The notes under the pieces were generated by a model that was not told the DNA's origin, made no database searches, and saw only the letters and a program-made list of their open reading frames with translations. From IMG/VR virus record IMGVR_UViG_2663762939_000014: a DNA stretch of 18,713 bases. The stretch is one strand, 5' to 3'. Below are positions 8,739-17,060 of this stretch, piece by piece (the first letter of the stretch is position 1; each line of letters opens with the position of its first letter). This DNA is from a virus (Duplodnaviria; Heunggongvirae; Uroviricota; Caudoviricetes). Made by a program: the position numbers and the translations under genes.

Positions 8739-8742
8739 CTTT

Positions 8743-9423
8743 TTACCCCTGCCGCCCGATAACCACGACCTTTCCGCCCCCGCCTTCATCACGGGTGCTG
8801 ATGTCCTGGGATATACGGCGGGAGCCAACCAGCATTTCCCCGTAAGGCACCGGCATCGGGTTCCCCTGGGCAATCATGTTATCCAGTGAGGAAAAGTACG
8901 TGTTCTGTCTGCCGTTATCCGTTGCGCGGTAATCCGGTGTTTTTGCCTTCGGGGCCAGCATCTGGGCCACACCGCCCAGTATCATGCTGGCCCCCAGTGA
9001 AAACAGCATCGTGGTGGCAGAAAAACCGCCGGCACTCAGGGCTGTACCCCATAACACCATCGAGGCACCGGCCGTGAAGAAAGAGCCCACGATGGCTGCC
9101 GCCCCCAGCACAATCTGCAGTCCACCCTTTCCGGCCCCGGCCAGTCGCGGCACAATGTGGATGACCGTTCCCTCACCCAGCTGTTCGTGAAGACGGGCGT
9201 ACACCGCCTCCGGTGCCGTGTCATCACCGGCAATACGTATCTGGTACCAGCCTTCGTTCATCTGACGGCGAAAGCCCGGCATCTGCATCGACAGGGCGCG
9301 AATGGCTTCCGCTGCCGTGTTCACATACAGGCTGAGGCGGCGGCCAAATCGTTGTAAATCCCCGTAAAGGCGGATGCGTGCCAGTGGCGGTGACGCCAGA
9401 CAGAATGCGTTCGTCGTTGCCAT
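8743..9423 (-). CDS. I: Tail tip assembly protein I (226 aa)
   Basis: Similar to lambda I along its length (..ARI.LYGDLQRFGRR..., IHIVPR.AGA, QIVLGAAAI.GSFFTAGA, NTYFSSLDNM.AQGN). Confidence 0.92.
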   Translation of the reverse strand: MATTNAFCLASPPLARIRLYGDLQRFGRRLSLYVNTAAEAIRALSMQMPGFRRQMNEGWYQIRIAGDDTAPEAVYARLHEQLGEGTVIHIVPRLAGAGKGGLQIVLGAAAIVGSFFTAGASMVLWGTALSAGGFSATTMLFSLGASMILGGVAQMLAPKAKTPDYRATDNGRQNTYFSSLDNMIAQGNPMPVPYGEMLVGSRRISQDISTRDEGGGGKVVVIGRQG

Positions 9424-10064
9424 TTTTCGGAATACCTCTCCCGTTTACTCAGTTGTTCAGGCAGATGGTGAAGCAGCTCACCGTTGCCGCAGTAAATGGC
9501 GGCATGGTTCGGTACCGAAGCACCAAAGCAGCACAGCAGAATATCGCCCGCCTGTGCAGAGGACAGGGGCACCCGGTAAAAGCCGGTGACCGCCATATTG
9601 TCCAGGTAAAGGTTCTGACCGTTGCGCCACCAGTCATCCTCGCGATGAAAATCCGGCATTTCAGTCCCCGCCAGATGATAAGCATCCCGGAACAGCGTGT
9701 AACAGTCCGTCACCCCGTGCTCAAAGCGCCGTCCTGTCAGATGTGGCACACAGCGGAATTTGTGAATGTCACCCCGGCAGACCAGCCACCAGGGCAGGGC
9801 ACTCTTTATCTGCAGCCGCCGGTCCGCCTCGCTCAGCCAGGGCAGACCACCGGGATGACTGTGGACCAGCGCCACAATCTCCCCCTGCATCTCTGCCCGC
9901 AGCCAGTCTTCCGGTGCGATACGAAAATACGCCTCCGGCTCCGCGGAAATATTCACACAAGGGATATACCGCTCCCCCTCCGGCGTGCTTATCACGAAGC
10001 CGCACGACTCCGCAGGCGCACACCGCCGGGCATGCGCCAGAATCGCTGATTCAGTCTGTGTCAT
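9321..10064 (-). CDS. K: Tail tip assembly protein K (247 aa; MPN/JAMM plus NlpC/P60-like domains)
   Basis: Start at internal ATG giving MTQTESAILAHARRCAPAESCGF...; JAMM motif HSHPGGLPWLSEAD; NlpC/P60-like Cys (GVTDCYTLF) and His (VPNHAAIYCG); 103-nt out-of-frame overlap with I, as in lambda; the track ORF start at 10325 is an upstream extension overlapping L. Confidence 0.88.
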   Translation of the reverse strand: MTQTESAILAHARRCAPAESCGFVISTPEGERYIPCVNISAEPEAYFRIAPEDWLRAEMQGEIVALVHSHPGGLPWLSEADRRLQIKSALPWWLVCRGDIHKFRCVPHLTGRRFEHGVTDCYTLFRDAYHLAGTEMPDFHREDDWWRNGQNLYLDNMAVTGFYRVPLSSAQAGDILLCCFGASVPNHAAIYCGNGELLHHLPEQLSKRERYSEKWQRRTHSVWRHRHWHASAFTGIYNDLAAASACM

Positions 10065-10074
10065 AAACCGGGAT

Positions 10075-10773
10075 TTACTGCGAAAGTTTATTAATGGAAA
10101 GGAAACCGCCAAAATTGCCGACATTCCTGCGCAGTTCACACCCGCGCATGCACTTGCTGCATCTGTCCTTACGGATATCCGTGGTGGGTTTATCGAACTC
10201 ATCCGCCACAGCCCCGCCCGTGTAACCACACTCATCAGAGCGGTAGGTCCACATACAGGTGTTCGCCAGCATGATACGACCGGGAAACAGCGCCCCGTCC
10301 GTCTCGGTCGGTGTGGCCAGCACAAACGAGGCCGTCATGGCTGTCAGCTGCGACATCTGCTCCACCACCCAGCGGTCACTCAGCTCCTGCTCCGGGTCCG
10401 CCTCCGGATTGCCCGCAACGAAATTCACCGCATCCAGAAAACGGGCATACACCCGGCGGCGGACCACCGTGGCCCCCACCAGACTCTGCAGGTCTTCCGC
10501 CATCCCGGTGACCAGACCAAACAGATTGGACACCGTCAGCGATGGTCTGGCACTGCTGCCCTTCCCGTTCATCTCAAAGCCACTCCCCTCAATCGGGTAC
10601 GCCTGATATTCACGCCCCTGCCAGGTCACCGGCTCCCCTTTTTCATTCAGCTCATTGCAGAAAAAATACCGCTCACCGCCCTGCACCGTCAGGTCGATTT
10701 CCCAGAGTACCACCCGCGGTGACTGCTCTGACTTAACCGACTCGTTCAGACTTTCTTCGTGAATATCCTGCAT
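10075..10773 (-). CDS. L: Minor tail protein L (232 aa)
   Basis: Length and sequence character match lambda L; Cys cluster near the C-terminus (CSKCMRGC); 1-nt overlap with the M stop. Confidence 0.9.
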   Translation of the reverse strand: MQDIHEESLNESVKSEQSPRVVLWEIDLTVQGGERYFFCNELNEKGEPVTWQGREYQAYPIEGSGFEMNGKGSSARPSLTVSNLFGLVTGMAEDLQSLVGATVVRRRVYARFLDAVNFVAGNPEADPEQELSDRWVVEQMSQLTAMTASFVLATPTETDGALFPGRIMLANTCMWTYRSDECGYTGGAVADEFDKPTTDIRKDRCSKCMRGCELRRNVGNFGGFLSINKLSQ

Positions 10774-11102
10774 CAGTTCACCACCTGCTTAAACTCCGCG
10801 CTGAACTCAACGCGCAACATCCCGACCCGCGCAGACCACCCGGCACAGGTCACCTTTATCTGCCGGTATGCATAGGGTGGCTTCCACAAAAATGCCTTCC
10901 AGCCACCGTGCTCTGCCAGAAACGCTTCCAGATGCCGGGCCTCCTCCCGGGTCACGGAAAGCGTCACCCTGTATGTTTTCAGGTCAGCATTCAGCCCTGC
11001 CGCCATACGCTGTGAGTACCCGTCACCAAAACGCACTTCACGCACCGATGGCTGCGAGTTCACCTCCATATCCGGTTTCACTTTCCAGCGAAAGGTTTTC
11101 AT
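10773..11102 (-). CDS. M: Minor tail protein M (109 aa)
   Basis: Same length and position as lambda M; 4-nt overlap with the H stop (ATGA). Confidence 0.9.
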   Translation of the reverse strand: MKTFRWKVKPDMEVNSQPSVREVRFGDGYSQRMAAGLNADLKTYRVTLSVTREEARHLEAFLAEHGGWKAFLWKPPYAYRQIKVTCAGWSARVGMLRVEFSAEFKQVVN

Positions 11103-13672
11103 CGCCTGCCTCCGGAAAATACGCCGCCATCACGCATCTGCGCCTGAATCTCATCCTGCGCACCTTTACGGGCCATCTCATACACCGCTTTCATCAGCTG
11201 CGGCCCGGCCTGTCCGTTGATACCGTCGTTCTGAATCACCACGCTGTTGTTCTGCTCAAACCGGATACCTTCCGCCCGCCGCATCTGCGCCGGACTTCCG
11301 GCACCGCCGACATAACCACCTTCCGCATACCCGCGCATCAGACGATACAGGTTGCCGACACCAATCCGGCTGGTTGCCTCCTTCGTGAAGACAAATTCAC
11401 CACGGTGAACAATCCCCGCTGGCTCATATTTGCCGCCGGTTCCCGTAAATCCTCCGGTCGCAAAATGGAAGTTCGCCGCCGCAGCCTGAATGGCTGTACC
11501 GCCTGACGCGGATGCGCCACCACCAACAGCCCCGCCAATGGCGCTGCCGATACTTCCGACAATCCCCACCATTGCCTGCTTCAGAAAAATCTCTGTCAGC
11601 ATGGAGAGCACGGAACGGGTGAAACCACGCCAGTTCTGCTCACTGCCGGTCAGCATCGCCGCCATATTCTGTGCAATACCGTCAAAGGTCTGCGTGGCCG
11701 CGTTTTTAACCTGCGAAAAACTGTCCGTCGCACTTTCCGCCCACTCGCCCCAGCCGGACTTCATCCCGGCCATCCAGCTTCCACGAAGCTGCTCCTCCGC
11801 AGACCAGGTGTTCTTCAGTGCCGATGTGGCCTTCGCCAGCGCAGCCGGATTATCACCGTACACCTCACGAAGGCGCTGCTCTTCCGACTCCCGCTGCGCC
11901 TGACGGTCAGTGAGGCCGCGGGCTTTTGCGCTGATTGCCGCCTGCTTCGCGCTCTGCTGCTGTTCAAACCGCGCCGCCTGCTGTGCCAGCTCATTCAGCC
12001 GCTTCTGGTGTTCTATCTTGTCGCCCAGCTCAGCCAGCTGGCGTTTGTACTCCAGCGTTTCTTTCTCATGGGCCAGCAGGGATTTTTCCTGCTCAGATAA
12101 CTGCCGTTTCGTGGCGGCCTCTTTCAGGACCACATACTGATTTTCCGCTTCCCATAAATCCCGGCGCTGCTGGCTGATTTTCTCATTCACACCGCTGTGT
12201 TTTTCCAGCGTCCTGAGCTCGGTTTCAAGCGCCAGCATGGCTGCATGCGCCCGGTCTTCCTGGCGCTCACCGGCAGACACCTTCACACCTGACGGCTTTT
12301 TCAGCGTCGATTCATAATCCTTTTTTGCCGACGCCATCAGCGTGTTGTAATCCGCCTGCAGGATTTTTCCGTCTTTCAGGGCCTTATTCAGCTCTTTCTG
12401 ACGGGCGGTATATTTATCCAGCGGCGTCTGCAGGCGCTCATACGCCTTCTGCGCCTCTCCGGTATACTTCAGCTGTGACGCCTCACGCTCAGCCCGGTCC
12501 CTTGCCGCCAGTTCACCGGCTTTTTCCATATCCGACTGCAGCGTGGCCGCTGCCAGACCCAGACGGGCATTTTCCCGGTCATCCCATGCCCCCTGAAGGT
12601 TCGCACGAAAAGAGGAGGTCTTTCCCCGGCGCTGGCTCCGGCTCTGGTACCACTGCCATTTTTTATCCGCCTCATCAAATGCCTTCTGCGCACTGGCGAG
12701 CATATCCGCTGAGGATTCCGGACGACCGATATCCAGAATGGCATCCCACATCGATTTGAATGCCTTCCCTGTTTTATCCGCCCAGGTCTCCAGTGTTCCC
12801 ATGTTTTCTTTCAGGCGACGGGTCTGCTCATCAAAGCCTTTCGTGGCGATATCGTTCGCCGCCTGCAATGCCCCGGCCTCGTCTCCGGAACGCTGCAGCT
12901 GTGCAACATACGCAATCTGCTCTGCCGTCACGTTACGGAACTGGCGCGCCATCGCCATCAGTCCCGACGTCGGGTCAGTGGTCAGCTTCCCGAAGGCTTC
13001 AGCGACTTTATCCACCTCCACACCGGATGCAGACGCAAAACGCGCGACACTCTGGTTGATGGCATCAAACTGTTCACCACCACGCACACCGGCATTCACC
13101 AGGGCTGCCAGTGACTCTCTCGCCTGGTTAAACGTCAGCCCTGCTGCCTGCCCGGCTCTTGAGAGAGTCAGCATACGATCGGCAGTCAGTCCGGACTGAT
13201 TACCGGAAAGAACCAGAGTTTTATTAAACGCTGAAAGCGTGGAATCTCCCTGGTACCAGGCGTACACCAGCGCACCTGTCGCCACCGCCAGCGAGGTGAC
13301 CCCGACCATCGGCAGGGTGATCGCACCGGCAAGCCCCCTGAACATGGGGATCATCCCGCCGAAGGAGTCCTTCACCTGACCGCCCTGTTGCAGCAGGATG
13401 AGCCAGGGATTCTGACCACCGGCAAGCTGCGTGGCGATATCCGTAAACTGTGCGGGCAGGGTTCGCATGGCCGCTTTATACTGCCCGACGGAAATCCCGG
13501 CTTTTTGTGCAGCCAGCGCCTGGCGGCTCAGGCCCTGTTCAACAGCACTGGCGGTTTTTCTGGCGTCGGTATCCAGACCTGAAAAATGACGCCTTACCCG
13601 GCTCATCTGCTCATCGAAACGGACAGCATCCAGACTAAGGTCAATAACAAGATCACCAACCGGCTGGGACAT
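11099..13672 (-). CDS. H: Tail tape measure protein H (857 aa)
   Basis: Collinear with lambda H (..PVGDLV.DLSLDA.RFDEQM.RVRRHFSG..., coiled-coil core, Gly-rich C-terminus GGAVGGGASASGGTAIQAAAA). Confidence 0.93.
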   Translation of the reverse strand: MSQPVGDLVIDLSLDAVRFDEQMSRVRRHFSGLDTDARKTASAVEQGLSRQALAAQKAGISVGQYKAAMRTLPAQFTDIATQLAGGQNPWLILLQQGGQVKDSFGGMIPMFRGLAGAITLPMVGVTSLAVATGALVYAWYQGDSTLSAFNKTLVLSGNQSGLTADRMLTLSRAGQAAGLTFNQARESLAALVNAGVRGGEQFDAINQSVARFASASGVEVDKVAEAFGKLTTDPTSGLMAMARQFRNVTAEQIAYVAQLQRSGDEAGALQAANDIATKGFDEQTRRLKENMGTLETWADKTGKAFKSMWDAILDIGRPESSADMLASAQKAFDEADKKWQWYQSRSQRRGKTSSFRANLQGAWDDRENARLGLAAATLQSDMEKAGELAARDRAEREASQLKYTGEAQKAYERLQTPLDKYTARQKELNKALKDGKILQADYNTLMASAKKDYESTLKKPSGVKVSAGERQEDRAHAAMLALETELRTLEKHSGVNEKISQQRRDLWEAENQYVVLKEAATKRQLSEQEKSLLAHEKETLEYKRQLAELGDKIEHQKRLNELAQQAARFEQQQSAKQAAISAKARGLTDRQAQRESEEQRLREVYGDNPAALAKATSALKNTWSAEEQLRGSWMAGMKSGWGEWAESATDSFSQVKNAATQTFDGIAQNMAAMLTGSEQNWRGFTRSVLSMLTEIFLKQAMVGIVGSIGSAIGGAVGGGASASGGTAIQAAAANFHFATGGFTGTGGKYEPAGIVHRGEFVFTKEATSRIGVGNLYRLMRGYAEGGYVGGAGSPAQMRRAEGIRFEQNNSVVIQNDGINGQAGPQLMKAVYEMARKGAQDEIQAQMRDGGVFSGGRR

Positions 13673-14524
13673 ATCTCACACCTCCCGGAATCCCCGCTGA
13701 AGCCATCATTAATGCGGCATCATCCACCATGACATCCGCCACATCCGCAGACGATAAAATATCGCGCCCTCCGTCCCCACCGAACCGGACGCCTCCGGCA
13801 AGTCCTGCCGCTTTCTGCATCAGCATTTTGTCCTCATCCGGCCTCTCCACCTGCTCTTCCTCATGCCGGGGGACAAGCAGACTGAAATCAGAGGGATGCA
13901 TATCCGGATCGCAAAAAAACAGGCTGAGTACAGCGTACGTCAGCCCGGAAAAATGCATATCCAGCTGGGTATCCTGAAAATAATGCGTGCGGTAAAAACG
14001 GTGCCAGTCGGCATATTCGGTGGATGTCATCCCGGCAAGCATGGCGCGCCAGTCGGGTCTCCCCATCTCACGCGCCAGTCTGAGGGCAAAGTTCAGCTCG
14101 CCGTCGAAGACTTTCCCGCAGAAAAATCATCATCAGTCAGCGTGTTATTTTTCGCCACTTCAGTAATATCAGTATCCGGACGAACAGCTTCGATCATCCC
14201 GGACAGGCACAACACCACGTCTTCCGCCCGGGCAATGGCATCTGCAGGCCAGGTGGTGAGCACTTCCTGCTCTATCTTCATCACGGCCTCATTCATTGAC
14301 GGTGACTGCGTTTTCTGTGGATGGTTATGCCACAGGGACATCGCCACCAGAAACGCGCCGGTTCTGACAAGATCTTCCACACTCACCTGCAGGTTGCCGC
14401 TGGCTTCAGCCTCTTCTGCCCGCCGTTTCAGGAGGGCAAGATGCTCAATACGCTGCAGCGCAGACAGCTCAGAAAGCGTGACGGATACACCGTTATATTC
14501 AAATTGTTCTGTTTTCAGGAACAT
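13653..14524 (-). CDS. T: Tail assembly chaperone G-T fusion (about 289 aa), made by -1 frameshift at G GGA AAG
   Basis: T frame is open from the slippery site (GKVFDGELNFALRLAREMGRPDWR...) and is -1 relative to G; no independent start needed; stop at 13653. Confidence 0.85.
14093..14524 (-). CDS. G: Tail assembly chaperone G (143 aa)
   Basis: MFLKTE.FE.NGV.VTLSELSALQRIEHLAL.KR... matches lambda G; ends ...SAGKSSTAS. Confidence 0.92.
   Translation of the reverse strand: MFLKTEQFEYNGVSVTLSELSALQRIEHLALLKRRAEEAEASGNLQVSVEDLVRTGAFLVAMSLWHNHPQKTQSPSMNEAVMKIEQEVLTTWPADAIARAEDVVLCLSGMIEAVRPDTDITEVAKNNTLTDDDFSAGKSSTAS
14111..14117 (-). other. Programmed -1 ribosomal frameshift slippery heptamer G GGA AAG (G to G-T)
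   Basis: Plus-strand CTTTCCC at 14111-14117; GGA and AAG are in the G zero frame (Gly-Lys of ...SAGK...). Confidence 0.85.
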
Positions 14525-14542
14525 CGCTTATCTCTCAGCTCT

Positions 14543-15289
14543 TTAGCCACCCGGCACATTATTAACGGTAATTTCAGCCACCGCAGCAAACTGACCATTA
14601 CCGGAAATCACAGGGATGCTGACTTTTCCATCCTTAACCCCCGTCACAGTAATCGTCATATCTTTCACGCTAATGGTGGCTTTTGATGGATCGGCGGAAA
14701 TCGCCCTGAATGTCTTATCCGTTGCATTTTCCGGTTCCACAGTAACGGTCAGGGTGGTTGTTTTCCCTTTTTCAACCGTACCTGTCGGCGTTACCTTAAT
14801 CGCAGTGACCGGCGTAATTTTGCTGCGTTCTTCCGCTACAGAAGGTTTACCCACGTTAGTGACTTTCACCGTGCGGGTGATCACTTCTTTCGCCGTCACG
14901 GCCTTACCGATACTGCTGACCCAGCCACGAAACACATCCACCGTGCCATTCGGAAAACGGATTTTATAGGCCCGGACATCGCCGCTTTCAAACCAGCCTA
15001 TAAGCCCTTTCTGGCCTTCCTCTCCCGGTTTCCAGGCCAGCGTAAAACTGGTATCACCTGCAGATTTCTGTCCCTGCCCGGTCGCGGTCCAGTCCGCGTC
15101 TTCATCATCCAGGTAGTTATCATCGTAGGGTTCAGCCGTCATCTCGCCCGGCGTCAGATCCTTCACCTTAGCCAGTCGCTGCCAGCCATCGTCTGACAAC
15201 GGGTTTGCGTAAGCATCAGCCTTGCCGTTGTAAACCCACAGAGTGGTACCGGCACCTTTTACCGGCTCAAGGGGATTTGGTGTTGCCAT
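14543..15289 (-). CDS. V: Major tail tube protein V (248 aa, C-terminal Ig-like domain)
   Basis: ..[37 protein letters not shown]...[39 protein letters not shown] matches lambda V. Confidence 0.93.
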   Translation of the reverse strand: MATPNPLEPVKGAGTTLWVYNGKADAYANPLSDDGWQRLAKVKDLTPGEMTAEPYDDNYLDDEDADWTATGQGQKSAGDTSFTLAWKPGEEGQKGLIGWFESGDVRAYKIRFPNGTVDVFRGWVSSIGKAVTAKEVITRTVKVTNVGKPSVAEERSKITPVTAIKVTPTGTVEKGKTTTLTVTVEPENATDKTFRAISADPSKATISVKDMTITVTGVKDGKVSIPVISGNGQFAAVAEITVNNVPGG

Positions 15290-15296
15290 ATCGTCC

Positions 15297-15692
15297 TCAC
15301 ATCTCGTATGTAATGGAATAAGTCAGATCTGCAGAACTCCATAACGCCATATCGTCATCACGACGATACTCATAGCCCTGCGTAACCATCGTGGTAATCA
15401 GTCCTGCCAGTGCCGGGATCGCGGTCATCGCCGGGTAAATCCGGCTTTCCATCCACTGATCAAGCTCTGAATCCGGTACCTGTGCCGGTAAAAACACCTC
15501 AATATGCAGCGTGGCCCGCCAGGTATCTGCATCCAGCTCTTCACCGGTATACTCTGCATCCGTCAGATAAACCGCGATCGCAGGAAAATCCTCTTCGTCA
15601 AAAACAACGGGGCGACCATCAAACAGCGTCGCCCCGTGTTCATGCTGCTCGAGTGCATCCAGCACTGCGGCACGAATGTCAGTGTGTTTCAT
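15297..15692 (-). CDS. U: Tail terminator protein U (131 aa)
   Basis: Length and position as lambda U; 4-nt overlap with the Z stop. Confidence 0.9.
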   Translation of the reverse strand: MKHTDIRAAVLDALEQHEHGATLFDGRPVVFDEEDFPAIAVYLTDAEYTGEELDADTWRATLHIEVFLPAQVPDSELDQWMESRIYPAMTAIPALAGLITTMVTQGYEYRRDDDMALWSSADLTYSITYEM

Positions 15693-16264
15693 CGTTTTAT
15701 CGCAATCCTCAGTTGTTGTTTCAGCGCGTATGCCAGTTCTTTAGGCAGGCGTTCACGCCGGATACGGTCAACATTCTCATCAAATGCCTGTTTCAGTGGG
15801 GCCGCCATCGGGATTTTCACCACCTGAATGGGAAGGCGATTACGCTTTTTCCTTCCCTTGTCGTCATTGCCCTCCTCATATCTGGCCTGAGGAAGACGTT
15901 GCATAACATGCCAGCGCCCATTATTTAATCGCTGGATAAATGCCCGCTGATAACGATGCTGACCGGCTTTGAGTATGCTGTCCGGACGACGCCCCAGCAT
16001 TCTGATCCCCAGCTTAATCACAGGGAGATCACCGCGGTTAACGATAATTTTTGCATTCGGATTTCTGACCGTGGCCCGTTTCAGTCTGGACCGTTCCTTA
16101 ACCAGTTTCCGGCGTACCTTTGTCTCCCGGGCAACCTGTGATGAAGACTGATTAATCGCCGTTGTGGCCACGCGGTTAATCGTCATTGCTGAAGCCGCCG
16201 GAATGGCGTTTTTACGAACCCGGCTCAGATTATCAATCGCCTGATCAAGCCCTTTTATCGCCAT
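15689..16264 (-). CDS. Z: Tail completion protein Z (191 aa)
   Basis: MAIKGL.QA..NLSR...ARETKVRRKLVKER.RLKRATV.NP...NRGDLPVIKLG...NGRWHVMQR...RERLPKEL.YAL..QLR..IKR matches lambda Z. Confidence 0.9.
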   Translation of the reverse strand: MAIKGLDQAIDNLSRVRKNAIPAASAMTINRVATTAINQSSSQVARETKVRRKLVKERSRLKRATVRNPNAKIIVNRGDLPVIKLGIRMLGRRPDSILKAGQHRYQRAFIQRLNNGRWHVMQRLPQARYEEGNDDKGRKKRNRLPIQVVKIPMAAPLKQAFDENVDRIRRERLPKELAYALKQQLRIAIKR

Positions 16265-16279
16265 AATTTCACCCTGCGT

Positions 16280-16633
16280 TTATCGTCGCCGGTTAACAGC
16301 GGGTGGTTGCCCACGGTTGAGCCAGAGATAACAGCTTCCCCCGTCATCCGGAGAAACACGATCCACCCAGAACATCTCGCCGTTAATGGTCAGCGTGTCA
16401 CCACGCCGCACGGCACGCACCGTATCCGTCCGCACAAATAATGACGGGCTGCTTCCTTCAATACGGACCCCGCCACCGGCAAAACCCAGCGACTCCGGAT
16501 CGTCAAAAACCCCCTGAACTTCGCCGCCACGTTGTGCTCCGGAGGTGAACTGCGCACGGATCCCCATCACTTCAACGATCGTACTGTCCACCCCGGCGAG
16601 GGCAGCATCAAAGGCATTCTGAAAATCACGCAT
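16280..16633 (-). CDS. FII: Head-tail joining protein FII (117 aa)
   Basis: ...GVFDDPE...GGVR.EGSSPSLFVRTD.VR..RRGDTLTI....FWVDRVSPDDGGSC.LWL.RG.PPAVNRRR matches lambda FII. Confidence 0.92.
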   Translation of the reverse strand: MRDFQNAFDAALAGVDSTIVEVMGIRAQFTSGAQRGGEVQGVFDDPESLGFAGGGVRIEGSSPSLFVRTDTVRAVRRGDTLTINGEMFWVDRVSPDDGGSCYLWLNRGQPPAVNRRR

Positions 16634-17009
16634 GCTCAGCCGTTCCGTGCTGTATCATGGCCGTTGCCAGTGATGATGGCACCAGAACACGCATACCCCG
16701 TAACGCCAGCTCAACGGGACGACCTGTCTCCGGGCAATACCCCATTACTTGCAGGCACTTCCGTACCCGGACGGCTTTAACATCATCCGGAGCATCCGTG
16801 TTGTTCAACTGCTCACCATCGTCTGTGTGATTTTGATCAGCCCCGCTCTCATCAGAGTGCATAATGCCCTCCGGGGAAACAGCAAGCTCCTCTTCCCACT
16901 CAGACACACGTTGAGCAATATCCGCAGCACTCCCCGACATATCCGCCTCGCGCCCCAGCAGGCCAGCCAGTTGACGAAGACGATTCAGATTTTCTTCTTT
17001 TGTTGCCAT
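16626..17009 (-). CDS. FI: DNA packaging / head assembly protein FI (127 aa from the ATG at 17009)
   Basis: Position between E and FII; acidic protein with lambda FI-like N-terminus (MATKEENLNRLRQL...); AGGAGG 5 nt upstream of the ATG at 17007-17009; the track ORF starts at an upstream GTG. Confidence 0.8.
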   Translation of the reverse strand: MATKEENLNRLRQLAGLLGREADMSGSAADIAQRVSEWEEELAVSPEGIMHSDESGADQNHTDDGEQLNNTDAPDDVKAVRVRKCLQVMGYCPETGRPVELALRGMRVLVPSSLATAMIQHGTAEHA

Positions 17010-17060
17010 CTCAGCCTCCTGTGAAAAAAGACACGGGGGCATTTCGCCCCCGCTCACGGA

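Noticed and set aside
10065-10325. N-terminal 87 codons of the 334-aa ORF called at 9321-10325
   Set aside because: The extension overlaps the 3-prime end of L out of frame and has no lambda counterpart; the conserved K sequence begins at the ATG at 10064
9985-10722. Long plus-strand ORFs antisense to K, L, H and J (for example 9985-10722, 10868-11506, 7065-7661, 6322-6945, 13863-14546)
   Set aside because: All lie opposite strongly supported lambda homologues in GC-rich coding sequence, where antisense frames are commonly open; Pro/Arg/His-rich unstructured composition
17010-17057. Upstream GTG start for FI at 17057
   Set aside because: It would place the start inside the E-FI hairpin 3 nt from the E stop; the ATG at 17009 has a perfect AGGAGG site and matches the FI N-terminus
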